Assembly: GCA_012960035.1 (NCBI GenBank)
Contig: DUBZ01000058.1
Coordinates: forward strand, 34,122-98,121
Length of the DNA stretch: 64,000 nt
Reading direction: 5' to 3'
DNA from: Myxococcales bacterium
GTDB taxonomy: Bacteria; Myxococcota_A; UBA9160; UBA4427
Shown here: one piece after another, positions 9,717 through 18,445 of the stretch
How positions within the stretch are numbered: the stretch's first letter is position 1
Layout of the letters: each line of letters starts with the position of its first letter
Program-made: the position numbers and the translations under genes
Notes under the pieces: model-generated
What the model saw: only the letters and a program-made list of their open reading frames with translations
The model's database searches: none
What the model was told of the DNA's origin: nothing

Positions 9717-10613
9717 CTAGCGGTCGAAGCGAAACTTTTTTTCGATCTCTAGGTTTTTCCAGGTCAACTTGTCTTTGCCGGGAGGCCAAGGCACACCGTT
9801 GCGGCCGTAGTTTGCGAGCTTTCGACTGTAAAAGAGTGGCTCGCGAGGACGATAAATCGCCGCGGGGGAATTGTCTTCGATACCGAATAGCGGGAAGTAT
9901 TTCTTGTCGACGAAGAATACGTTGGGCCCGCCTTTCATCTGATACAGCAGCTCATAGCCCTTCTCGTTGGCGAGGTTGACCATAGATTGCATGCTTGCGC
10001 CAATGTAATAGGTCCGGTCCCAGTAGTTCATCGGGTGATAGTCGATGACCATCAGCTCCGGGGGCGGAAATACCATGTTGGTTTCGATCATGACGACCTT
10101 GGGGCGAAAGTCGTGGATCGCACGCCAGACGTAGTAGTCGTTGCTGTCGATATCGATCACCAAATAGTCGAGGTCTTTCGGAACGCCGCCATCTTCGAAT
10201 AAAATTTCGATGTTGCCCGGCCAAACCCATGCGTTCATCGTGGTGGAGTTCGGAAAAGCTTTGTAGTTGTTGGCAAGCTCCTTCGCGCGAGCCCAGTCGC
10301 CCTCAATCTGGAAGCTTCCCCAGCCGTGGTTCAACACCAAGTTGCGCATATTGCTGTTCTTGATCCCGTTGTGAGCGCCAAACTCAACGGCAAACTTGGG
10401 ACCCGGTTCGATGACTTCGAAGATCTTCTCGACAACACCGTCCTCGCCGAACTGTGAAAAGACGATGCGTTCGGCCGCTTCGAGATCGACTGGTTCTGCG
10501 GGCTTGGATGACTGGCCGTCGTTGCACGAGATCGCGGCGAACATACAAATAAACGCGAAGCTCAGCGCGCAATGTGTTCTCGGCCGGAGGATGGATCGTC
10601 TGGGCGTAATCAT
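9717..10613 (-). CDS. lipoprotein with an FkbM/Methyltransf_21-like methyltransferase fold
   Basis: Lipobox 'FAAISC'. 'FSQFGEDGVVEKIF...FAVEFGAHNGIKNSNMRNL' and 'YLVIDIDSNDYYVWRAI' are paralogous to ORF 44741-45409. Confidence 0.6.
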   Translation of the reverse strand: MITPRRSILRPRTHCALSFAFICMFAAISCNDGQSSKPAEPVDLEAAERIVFSQFGEDGVVEKIFEVIEPGPKFAVEFGAHNGIKNSNMRNLVLNHGWGSFQIEGDWARAKELANNYKAFPNSTTMNAWVWPGNIEILFEDGGVPKDLDYLVIDIDSNDYYVWRAIHDFRPKVVMIETNMVFPPPELMVIDYHPMNYWDRTYYIGASMQSMVNLANEKGYELLYQMKGGPNVFFVDKKYFPLFGIEDNSPAAIYRPREPLFYSRKLANYGRNGVPWPPGKDKLTWKNLEIEKKFRFDR

Positions 10614-10666
10614 CTTTCGATGATAATCCGCCCGGACGCGTCTGTAACCCTCGCTAGACTCGTGGC

Positions 10667-11455
10667 ATGCTGCTCCCCGGTCGATCCGATCTTGTCCTCG
10701 ATGGCGTTCTCAAAGACTTCGTCGCAAACGGCTATGCGAAACTCGGCCGGGTGTTGTCGTCCGAGGCGGCTGCTGTGCTTCGCGAGCGTGCCGATGCGTT
10801 GATGCTCGGCGAAATTCAATATCCGGGTTTGTTCTATCAACACGACTCGGAGAGCGGCAGGTATGAGGACTTGGAGTTTGGAGCCGGTTGGGTGGGGCCT
10901 TCGCGCAACTATCGCAAACTCGAAAAATTGGAACTCGACCCCCTGTTTCTCGAGTGGATCGAAAACCCGCTTCACCGTCGTATCGCGCACCGCCTGCTTG
11001 GTAAGAAGGTGTCCCTGTATCGAGCGGTGTTGTGGAATAAGGCATCGCGCGCGGGCATGGATCTGCCGTGGCATCAGGACGATGGCGTCTTCTGGGGCAT
11101 CGACCGTCCACCTTCCTTGCAGATTTGGACGGCGCTCGACGACGCGCCGGAAAGCGCCGGGTGCGTCGAGGTTCTGCCGGGTAGCCACCACAAAGGGCTA
11201 GCGAGTCCGCTCGGCGGGACGGTCCGTGGTGATCGCCTGAGCGAAGTCGACGCCGAGGCGGGGCGGGTTTCTCTGCCTGTGAAAGCAGGCGAATCGATAT
11301 TGATTCACAACCACGTGTGGCACCGCTCTGGTCGCAATGAAACCGCGCAAGCAAGACGGGCGATTGGGATTGCATACTTGGCCGGCGACACGCGATGCAC
11401 TCGAAAGCGAAGATCGCCGCGGGAATTCAAGCGAGTGTTCGAGGAGCGCGAATAA
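10667..11455 (+). CDS. phytanoyl-CoA dioxygenase (PhyH) family Fe(II)/2OG oxygenase
   Basis: 'LPWHQDDGVFWG' (H-x-D), 'LPGSHHKG', 'VWHRSGRNET'. Confidence 0.85.
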   Translation: MLLPGRSDLVLDGVLKDFVANGYAKLGRVLSSEAAAVLRERADALMLGEIQYPGLFYQHDSESGRYEDLEFGAGWVGPSRNYRKLEKLELDPLFLEWIENPLHRRIAHRLLGKKVSLYRAVLWNKASRAGMDLPWHQDDGVFWGIDRPPSLQIWTALDDAPESAGCVEVLPGSHHKGLASPLGGTVRGDRLSEVDAEAGRVSLPVKAGESILIHNHVWHRSGRNETAQARRAIGIAYLAGDTRCTRKRRSPREFKRVFEERE

Positions 11456-11458
11456 GCG

Positions 11459-11620
11459 CTACGCCTGCTGCTGCTGTTGCCTGAGCGCAAATTGCGCCTC
11501 GCGAAGTTGGTTGCTGCGTTCGTCGACCTGTGACTCCAGAAGCTTCCGGTACTTCGCCAACGCTTCTTCTGCAATTTTCTGATCCGTGATGTCTATGCCC
11601 CAGGCGAGAACGTGGGCCAT
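11459..11620 (-). pseudogene. remnant of a PAS-domain sensor (PAS C-terminal strand plus coiled-coil linker)
   Basis: My translation, not in the track: 'MAHVLAWGIDITDQKIAEEALAKYRKLLESQVDERSNQLREAQFALRQQQQQA*'. The 'GIDITDQKIAEEAL' junction is typical of PAS-to-linker transitions. An in-frame TGA lies 16 codons upstream and no kinase or output domain follows. Confidence 0.4.
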
Positions 11621-12088
11621 GTCGAGGACCCACGACAGGTTGCCGAGCGCGCAGGGACGCAGAAATCAAGGCGGCCAGGCAAAAGGGGCCCGTGGTTCGT
11701 GAATACCTCCTCGCCACGTTAGATCTTTGCTCGGTCAGCCCATGGGGGTAGGACGCTGGTTTCACGCAGACAGTCTTTACGAAGTTGAGCAGGTCTTCGG
11801 GGACGAGCGGGTCGTTGCGCACGATGGTGACGAGCAACCTGTTGACGGCTTCGCGCTGCCATCCCGAAACAACTATTCGACGACGTTGTCGGCGACGGGG
11901 TCTGCAGCGAAGCGCGCTCGATCGAGTCGTTTGTCGGACGCGCGACCGTGTTTTCAATTCAGAAGTCACAGATTAGATCAGTCCTAAATGTCTCAGTGGC
12001 ATACCCGGAGGTTGGAGCGCGCCGGAATACTGAAGATTGCGCCCGTTAAATCGCTCCAATTGCGAGTCATCGGTGCTAGATAATCCCC

Positions 12089-13711
12089 ATGATTCAACTC
12101 GACTCCGTTTCGAAAGCCCATGGGTCCCAGATCTTGTTCGTCGACGCATCGATGTCGGCGTTCAACGGGGACCGCGTCGGGCTGGTGGGTCCAAACGGCT
12201 GCGGGAAGTCGACCGTGTTTCGCCTGATCATGCAGGAAGAAGAACCCGACGGTGGGCAAGTCAGTGTCGTTCGCAATACGACTCTTGGCTACTTCGGTCA
12301 GGACACAGGCGAGATGTCCGGCGAAACAGTTCTCGAAGCGACGATGGCCGGGGCGGGCGAAGTGTCCGAGGCCGGGCGCGAACTGCACGATCTGGAAAAC
12401 GCGATGGCGGATCCGGAGCGTGCGGACGAACTCGACAAGCTCGTCGATCGCTTTGGCGAGGTGCAATCACGCTTCGACGAACTCGACGGTTATGCGCTCG
12501 AAGCCCGAGCGCGCGAAGTTCTGGCCGGACTCGGCTTTCGGGACGAAGTCGTTGCCGGTGACGTCGGCGAGTTGTCGGGTGGATGGAAGATGCGAGTGGC
12601 TCTCGGCCGCATATTGCTGATGCGGCCCGATGGGCTGCTACTCGATGAACCCACTAACCATCTGGACATCGAATCCATTATCTGGCTCGAAAATTTTCTG
12701 CGCAACTTCGATGGTGCGTTGATCATCACGTCTCATGATCGCGAGTTTTTAAATCGCATCGTGACCAAGATCGTCGAGATTGATGGCGGTGACATCACGA
12801 CATATGCGGGCAACTACGATTTTTACGAAGAACAACGCGCGATGGCGGCGGCGCAACACGAAGCCCATTACGCCCGTCAGCAGGCGATGCTCGCCAAAGA
12901 GAAGGCGTTCATCGCGCGCTTCAAAGCGCGAGCCAGCCATGCGGCACAAGTTCAATCGAGAGTGAAAAAGCTCGACAAAATCGAGACCATTGTGCCGCCC
13001 AAGCGCCGGCACGTCATCGAGTTTCAGTTCAAAGAGCCCATACGCTCGGGCGATGACGTTGCGATCATTGAGGGCGTCACCAAGAGATACGCGGATCACA
13101 CGATCTTTGAAGACATGGACCTGATGATCCGTCGCAAAGAGCGCTGGTGCGTGATGGGAGTCAATGGCGCGGGCAAGTCGACGCTACTGAAGCTCGTGGT
13201 CGGTTCAATCCAGGCTGACTCCGGTGTCGCGAAACTCGGAGCGAGCGTAAAGCTTGGATACTTCGCGCAGCACTCCATGGAAGTTCTCAATCCGGAACTC
13301 ACGGTCTTCGACACGCTGCAAGGCGAGTTTCCCGTTGCAAATGTCGGTTCACTCAAAGCGTTGGCCGCGGCCTTCGGGTTTCCCGGGGACGACGTCGACA
13401 AGTACTGCCATGTGTTGTCGGGGGGCGAGAAGGCGCGACTGGTACTTGCGTTGATGCTCTACGACCCGCCCAACTTTCTGGTGCTCGACGAACCGACGAA
13501 CCATCTCGATATGGACACGAAGGCGATGCTCGAAAAGGCGCTCAGCAAGTTCGAAGGCACCCTGTTGATGGTCTCGCACGATCGGCACTTCTTACAGGCA
13601 CTGTCGGATCATGTTCTCGAACTCACCCCGGACGGGATGCGAACGTATGGCGGCGGCTATCAAGATTACGTGATTGCGTCTGGACACGAAGCGCCCGGAC
13701 TCGGGGAATAG
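12089..13711 (+). CDS. ABC-F family ATPase (two ABC domains, no TMD)
   Basis: Walker A 'GPNGCGKST' and 'GVNGAGKST'; signatures 'LSGGWKMR' and 'LSGGEKAR'; charged inter-domain linker. Confidence 0.95.
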   Translation: MIQLDSVSKAHGSQILFVDASMSAFNGDRVGLVGPNGCGKSTVFRLIMQEEEPDGGQVSVVRNTTLGYFGQDTGEMSGETVLEATMAGAGEVSEAGRELHDLENAMADPERADELDKLVDRFGEVQSRFDELDGYALEARAREVLAGLGFRDEVVAGDVGELSGGWKMRVALGRILLMRPDGLLLDEPTNHLDIESIIWLENFLRNFDGALIITSHDREFLNRIVTKIVEIDGGDITTYAGNYDFYEEQRAMAAAQHEAHYARQQAMLAKEKAFIARFKARASHAAQVQSRVKKLDKIETIVPPKRRHVIEFQFKEPIRSGDDVAIIEGVTKRYADHTIFEDMDLMIRRKERWCVMGVNGAGKSTLLKLVVGSIQADSGVAKLGASVKLGYFAQHSMEVLNPELTVFDTLQGEFPVANVGSLKALAAAFGFPGDDVDKYCHVLSGGEKARLVLALMLYDPPNFLVLDEPTNHLDMDTKAMLEKALSKFEGTLLMVSHDRHFLQALSDHVLELTPDGMRTYGGGYQDYVIASGHEAPGLGE

Positions 13712-13728
13712 ACCGATTGCGCGTTGGA

Positions 13729-14556
13729 CTACAGCGGACCGTCTGAGCGCCGTGCGTTGACGAACCTCTCAGCGAAGGCCAGGCAAGCAAACACAGCCCC
13801 GAGCGCAGTGACGACCGATGCCCCGGTTGGCAGATCCCACTGGGCGCTCGCGCCGATGCCGATCGCGCACGCGATGCTTCCGATTAGCCAAGCGCCGAGA
13901 AGTCGTTGAAGGACTCCGGTGTAGAAAATTGCGGCGCTTGCGGCCGGTACGATGAGAAGTCCGAACACGACCAGCACCCCGGCGAGTTGTACGGCACTCG
14001 TGACCACGACGCCGAAGCTCAGATAGAAGAGGAAGTCGAGCCAGCGGTTGTGGTCGGTTTTATTGATGTCTCGATGAGCATGAGAGTGTTCGAGGAATAC
14101 GCTGCGAAAGACGTAGTGAAACGTCGCGATCGCAGCGAAGACGCCAGCCATCGTTCCGACCTCGGACCATTCGGCAAATAGCAAGCGGCCCGTCATCATG
14201 GCTTCGATCTCGTCGCGGTCGAGTGCGCTTTGCGAAAGCACGAGGATGACGAGCGCAGCACTTACGCCGTAAACGATGCCGATGACGGCCTCTTGCGGGA
14301 TGCGTCCGGCACCCGGGCGCGCCCAGGTGAAGATTGCGGCACCCAAGAACGTAAGCGCGAATGAGCCGATGTAAGTCAAGCTGCCATCGTCATGTTCAGT
14401 GAGACTGTGGCCCAGGGCACCACCCAGTGCGGCGAGTTGTGCAAGTGCGAGGTCGACGAAGATCACCTCGCGCATGAGTACGTGGTACCCGAAGTAACTC
14501 AGTACGCAGGCGAGGAGTAAGCAGGCGACAAGTGCAGGCGCGAGAAGCTCGATCAC
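13729..14556 (-). CDS. metal ABC transporter permease (ABC-3, ZnuB/MntB-like)
   Basis: 275 aa polytopic protein; 'REVIFVDLALAQLAALG' is typical of the ABC-3 family; ATGA overlap with the upstream SBP gene. Confidence 0.9.
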   Translation of the reverse strand: MIELLAPALVACLLLACVLSYFGYHVLMREVIFVDLALAQLAALGGALGHSLTEHDDGSLTYIGSFALTFLGAAIFTWARPGAGRIPQEAVIGIVYGVSAALVILVLSQSALDRDEIEAMMTGRLLFAEWSEVGTMAGVFAAIATFHYVFRSVFLEHSHAHRDINKTDHNRWLDFLFYLSFGVVVTSAVQLAGVLVVFGLLIVPAASAAIFYTGVLQRLLGAWLIGSIACAIGIGASAQWDLPTGASVVTALGAVFACLAFAERFVNARRSDGPL

Positions 14557-15506
14557 GGGCAGCCCTCGTCGCCTGTCGGAATCTCCTGAGCCGCGAGCGC
14601 CAAGAGTTTCACGTTGGTTTCAAAGAGCGAGATGTAGCTGGTTGCCTCGGGCAGGGCGTTCACTTCCTGGGCGAGGATGACATGACGCCCTTCCACCGCC
14701 TTCGCGAGTCGTGCTGCGCTACGTACGTCCCCGTAGGTCGCGGAGAGCACGAGGCGTGTGTTCTTCTGCTTCATTTTTTTGGCGAGGGATGCGATGTGGC
14801 GAGGGCCAGTCGCGATGCCCGGCTTCGGCTCGAGTTCGGCAAGTTGTTTGATCTGAAATCGCTTGAGAAAGTAGCTCCACGTGCGGTGTGTTGTGACCAC
14901 CGAGCACAAGCCGAGAGCATTCACGTCGTCTGCGAGCCGCGCGGTGAGCGCGGTGAGTTGTTCTTCGAGCGCGATTGCACGAGACTCAAACGTTGCAGCG
15001 TGATCAGGGTCGAGTTGTCCGAGTTTTGCAGCGAGGGTCCGGCCGACTTTCGCGCCGTTCATGGGGTCGAGCATGTAGTGGGGGTTCCCGTGAACGTGGA
15101 TATCTCCCATGGCCCGGGTCAGTTCATCTGCTGCGGGGACTTCCAGAACGCGGATGGCTGTCGAGACGTCGAGGTTCTTTGCACCTCCCGGGAGAAGCTC
15201 GACTTTCCGGCTGCTGTGTACGAGGTTGGGCAGCCAGGGTTCTGCGTCGACGCCCGAATGCACGAACAGGTCCGCCTTGCGTAGCTTCATCACAAAGCTT
15301 GGCCTGGGAATCACGTTGTGCCCATTCGCACGACCACTCATCAAGCTTTCGACACGAACTTCCTCTCCGCCAACTTGTTTGACGATGTCGGCGAGGGATG
15401 GCGTTGTCGTGATCACGCTGATCTCAGCTTGAGCGACGGACGCTACGACCAACGCAACGCAACAAAGAAGAGCGTGCAGGACAGTGGTCAACTTATGTGC
15501 GCTCAT
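14553..15506 (-). CDS. metal ABC transporter substrate-binding protein (ZnuA/TroA cluster A-I)
   Basis: Start moved to the ATG at 15506 (ATGA overlap with the porin gene). Signal peptide 'LLCCVALVVASVAQA'. Metal-site region 'GDIHVHGNPHYMLDP'. Confidence 0.85.
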   Translation of the reverse strand: MSAHKLTTVLHALLCCVALVVASVAQAEISVITTTPSLADIVKQVGGEEVRVESLMSGRANGHNVIPRPSFVMKLRKADLFVHSGVDAEPWLPNLVHSSRKVELLPGGAKNLDVSTAIRVLEVPAADELTRAMGDIHVHGNPHYMLDPMNGAKVGRTLAAKLGQLDPDHAATFESRAIALEEQLTALTARLADDVNALGLCSVVTTHRTWSYFLKRFQIKQLAELEPKPGIATGPRHIASLAKKMKQKNTRLVLSATYGDVRSAARLAKAVEGRHVILAQEVNALPEATSYISLFETNVKLLALAAQEIPTGDEGCP

Positions 15507-16645
15507 CGGTTGACCCAATATGGATGCGGAGGATGTGAGCCAATATAGAAAGTCAGCCCAAGCATCGCGATCTGTTCCGAGTCCCGGCGCCCAGCGACTT
15601 CCTGGTCGAGGTGTTGCAACTCGAACCGGAAGCGCAGCGACTCGCTGTAGTACCAAGTGACTAAGCCGCTCGCCGCCCATTCTTGGTCGTTCACGCGCGG
15701 TTCACTGACATTGGGAAGTTCGGTGAGGTCGTATCGAAAACCTAGATACGCATTGCGATGAAACTGGTACTGGGCAAGAACGAAGCCGCCCATGGTTGTG
15801 CGACGCAGTGGGCTCTTGTCTTCGCGGGGCGAGTCTGCGCGCGCAATAAAGAACTCGGCTTGGACGATGGCACTTCGCGTGTCGGGCGCACTTGGGTCAC
15901 GCCACAGCCATGTCACGTCGGAACCGCCGAGTAGCGTCTCACTGAAGCTCCCGGTCGAACGGACGTAGACGAAGCTCGTGCCGATTTCTAGAGAGTTGCT
16001 TTCGCCGATGTCGCCGAACCACTTGATGCGCGAAACAACCGAGGGGTTCTTTGCACGTGCGCCGCGCAATAGTGGAGATTCCTCTCCGCCATCTGCATTG
16101 GCGACCGCGGTCGTCCATTCGATGTATTGATCCCACGGGTTGGGTGCTAACCAGCTGACTTCGCTGCCGATTAGCACCAGCCCTTCGTGGCCCAGAAAGG
16201 CGACGACCGCGAGAGGGCGCAGTAACTGTGGCAGGTCATGGGTATGCAGGACATTGTTGCGACCGAAGGCGGCTCGGAACTTCCCGCCCTTTATTGCAAG
16301 GTCGAAGGGCAGGGTGTGCGCATTTAGAAAAGCCTCTTCAATTTCGAATTGCGTCGAGATCTTCACGTCGTCGAAGGGGTCTTCAATTTCTTCGTGCACC
16401 GAGAGCGTCACCATCGCATCTGCGATGGGTGCGACTGCGGCGCTCATGTTGAGCTCAACTTCGCGCAGGTGGAATCGGTTATGTCCCTTATTCTCCTCGT
16501 TCGTCGAAAGGCTTCCGCCAAGATCGAAGAACACGGTGATGTCAGGGTTTAAGAGATTGCTTTTTCGGACGGGGACGGTGTCATTCGCACTTGTCTGAGC
16601 AGCACATAAAAACAGCACGAAGATCGTGGTCATACGCATAAACAC
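15503..16645 (-). CDS. outer-membrane beta-barrel porin-like protein, metal-cluster associated
   Basis: Signal peptide 'IFVLFLCAAQTSA'; 'LLNPDITVFFDLGG' and 'FGRNNVLHTHDLPQ'; alternating beta-strand pattern through to the C-terminus. Confidence 0.6.
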   Translation of the reverse strand: MFMRMTTIFVLFLCAAQTSANDTVPVRKSNLLNPDITVFFDLGGSLSTNEENKGHNRFHLREVELNMSAAVAPIADAMVTLSVHEEIEDPFDDVKISTQFEIEEAFLNAHTLPFDLAIKGGKFRAAFGRNNVLHTHDLPQLLRPLAVVAFLGHEGLVLIGSEVSWLAPNPWDQYIEWTTAVANADGGEESPLLRGARAKNPSVVSRIKWFGDIGESNSLEIGTSFVYVRSTGSFSETLLGGSDVTWLWRDPSAPDTRSAIVQAEFFIARADSPREDKSPLRRTTMGGFVLAQYQFHRNAYLGFRYDLTELPNVSEPRVNDQEWAASGLVTWYYSESLRFRFELQHLDQEVAGRRDSEQIAMLGLTFYIGSHPPHPYWVNR

Positions 16646-16723
16646 TCACTCCACTGCACCGAACGCAATGACGCGCGGTGCGGACGGCGATCCATGGGAT
16701 CGCATTCAGAAACCGAGAGTTGG

Positions 16724-17143
16724 TTAGCTGAAGAGAAATGCGGGCGGCGCGCGTGGACCGTGGGTTCGCGCTTCATCGTGATTGATCGGGGCAGCAACGA
16801 CGCGCGCGAACCGCCCCGCGAACAAACTGAGGTCGCGACCTAAGTGCGGCGAACTCGTCGTATTGGCGAAGCCCGAACCAACCGAAGCGCAGAAATGACA
16901 CTCGCCGTCGCTCCGGCTCGGGTGCGGTGCTTCATTTGCCGGGGCGTGCGAAGTGGGCGTCTGCGCGGCGACCACAATCTGCTGAGCACTACTGTGCGAA
17001 AACGCTTCGTGGACAGACTCACCGCCCCCGACCAACAACGCAAACACAAGGGCCTGCCTGAGCACAGCGGAAAGCCACCGCGCGGCGCGCGAGCTTTTTG
17101 CCCCGCCGGGTCGTGTGTTCGACTCTGTTGCCAAGCCCCTCAT
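16724..17143 (-). CDS. small His/Cys-rich protein, DUF2946-like
   Basis: Internal ATG of track ORF 16724-17260. 'RAARWLSAVLRQALVFALLVGG' anchor, 'HAPANEAPHPSRSDGECHFCASVG', C-terminal 'HGPRAPPAF'. The family assignment is from memory of the DUF2946 pattern. Confidence 0.4.
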   Translation of the reverse strand: MRGLATESNTRPGGAKSSRAARWLSAVLRQALVFALLVGGGESVHEAFSHSSAQQIVVAAQTPTSHAPANEAPHPSRSDGECHFCASVGSGFANTTSSPHLGRDLSLFAGRFARVVAAPINHDEARTHGPRAPPAFLFS

Positions 17144-17160
17144 AGGCCAGACTCTACCGG

Positions 17161-17214
17161 CAATCTTTCGAGATTGGCAATTCTGGTGAATCGCGACCAA
17201 TACCTTCGAGATTG
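17161..17214. promoter_or_regulatory. pair of similar inverted-repeat motifs in a divergent promoter region
   Basis: 'CAATCTttcgAGATTG' (17161-17176, perfect 6-bp arms) and 'CAATACcttcgAGATTG' (17198-17214). They lie between the DUF2946-like start (17143) and the LLM start (17296). Confidence 0.3.
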
Positions 17215-17295
17215 AGTCCGTTTCGTTTATGTTCTGCTGTCGCGATCCCGTGCTGGGCATCGTTACGAACGAAGCACCTTAAACGCGAGACAAGC

Positions 17296-18321
17296 ATGTT
17301 TCAGGTTTGGACATCATCGGGGTTTCACTCGGGACCCGCTCAGATCGTCGCTGAAGCGCAACGAGCGGAAGCGATGGGGTACGACTGTTTCGCCGTGGTC
17401 GATTCGGTGCACGACGGTTTGATCGGTGCGGCCCTGGCCATTCAGGCGACCGAACGGATCGAGATCGCCACGAGCGCGTTGGCGTGCTTTCCGCGCAGCC
17501 CCATGACGACCGCGGTGGCGGCGTGGGATCTGCAGCAGTGGTCTGCTGGAAGATTTCGACTTGGCCTCGGGCCGCTGATCAAGCCGGTCATCGTGGGCAA
17601 GTACGCAACACCTTGGGTCCCGCCTGCACCCCGGATGCGTGAATACGTTCAATCGTTGAAGGCGATCTTCGACTGTTGGCAAAACGACGTGCCGCTGAAC
17701 TACCGCGGCGAGTTCTACTCCTTCACGCGGCAACAAGAATATTCAAAGCCGGCGAAACTCGAGCATCCGTTCATCCCGATTCATCTCGCCGCGATTGGTC
17801 CGAATATGACCGCACTCTCGGGCGAAGTCGCGGATGCATTGTTCCCGCATCCGACGAACAGCTCGGGTCGATATATCGCCGAAGTCATGCTTCCCAACGC
17901 CGAGCGCGGGGCCAAGAGAGTGGGGCGCGCGATCGGTGATCTCAGCGTCATCGCAAATCCGTTGACTGCGATTGGATCGTCACAAGCCGCCATCGATGCC
18001 CAACGAGAGTCCCATCGCTCGACTCTTGCGACCCTCTATTCGACGCCAAACTATTGGCCGAGCCTCTCCCTTTATGGTTGGGGTGACGTCGGCACAACGT
18101 TGAAGACCCTCGTCAAGGAATCGCGCTGGGATGAACTGCCCGCGATGATCACCGACGAAATGCTTGAAGCCTTCGTGCCGAGCGGGTTTTTCGACGAAAT
18201 CGGCTCAGCGCTGAGCGAGCAGTTTGGTGACGTTGCGGACGGCATCTTGATCTCGTTGCCCGACGATCCCAAGGAAGATGCAGCGGTAGCGCGTACGATC
18301 GAAGACTTGCATCGCGCTTAG
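17296..18321 (+). CDS. LLM-class oxidoreductase (possibly F420-dependent subgroup)
   Basis: Start moved to the ATG at 17296. 'AEAMGYDCFAVVDSVHDGL', 'RFRLGLGP', luciferase-like TIM-barrel pattern. Confidence 0.85.
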   Translation: MFQVWTSSGFHSGPAQIVAEAQRAEAMGYDCFAVVDSVHDGLIGAALAIQATERIEIATSALACFPRSPMTTAVAAWDLQQWSAGRFRLGLGPLIKPVIVGKYATPWVPPAPRMREYVQSLKAIFDCWQNDVPLNYRGEFYSFTRQQEYSKPAKLEHPFIPIHLAAIGPNMTALSGEVADALFPHPTNSSGRYIAEVMLPNAERGAKRVGRAIGDLSVIANPLTAIGSSQAAIDAQRESHRSTLATLYSTPNYWPSLSLYGWGDVGTTLKTLVKESRWDELPAMITDEMLEAFVPSGFFDEIGSALSEQFGDVADGILISLPDDPKEDAAVARTIEDLHRA

Positions 18322-18445
18322 ACGTGAAAAACACGCGGCGAAAACCGACAGTGCGCCTATCCTCGTTCACCACAGTCTACGCTCGTCAACACCGCTTGGA
18401 TCAAACTCGCACGCCCATCTTGCTCACTTCACGGAGGCATCCACC

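Noticed and set aside
11427-11969. 180-aa minus-strand ORF as a real gene
   Set aside because: The translation is mostly Arg-rich low-complexity sequence. Only a short internal stretch looks coding. I interpret it as part of the decayed sensor locus rather than an intact gene.
12089-13711. The ABC-F gene as the missing ATPase of the adjacent ZnuAB-like importer
   Set aside because: It is convergent, not co-transcribed. It has two fused ABC domains with a linker, which is the ABC-F translation-factor architecture and not an importer ATPase.
14553-15680. N-terminal extensions of the ZnuA-like ORF (to 15680) and of the thiolase ORF (19439-20893)
   Set aside because: The extensions overlap the preceding gene or lack homology-like sequence. 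Internal starts (ATG 15506 with an ATGA overlap and a signal peptide; GTG 20680 with AAGGAG) give canonical N-termini.
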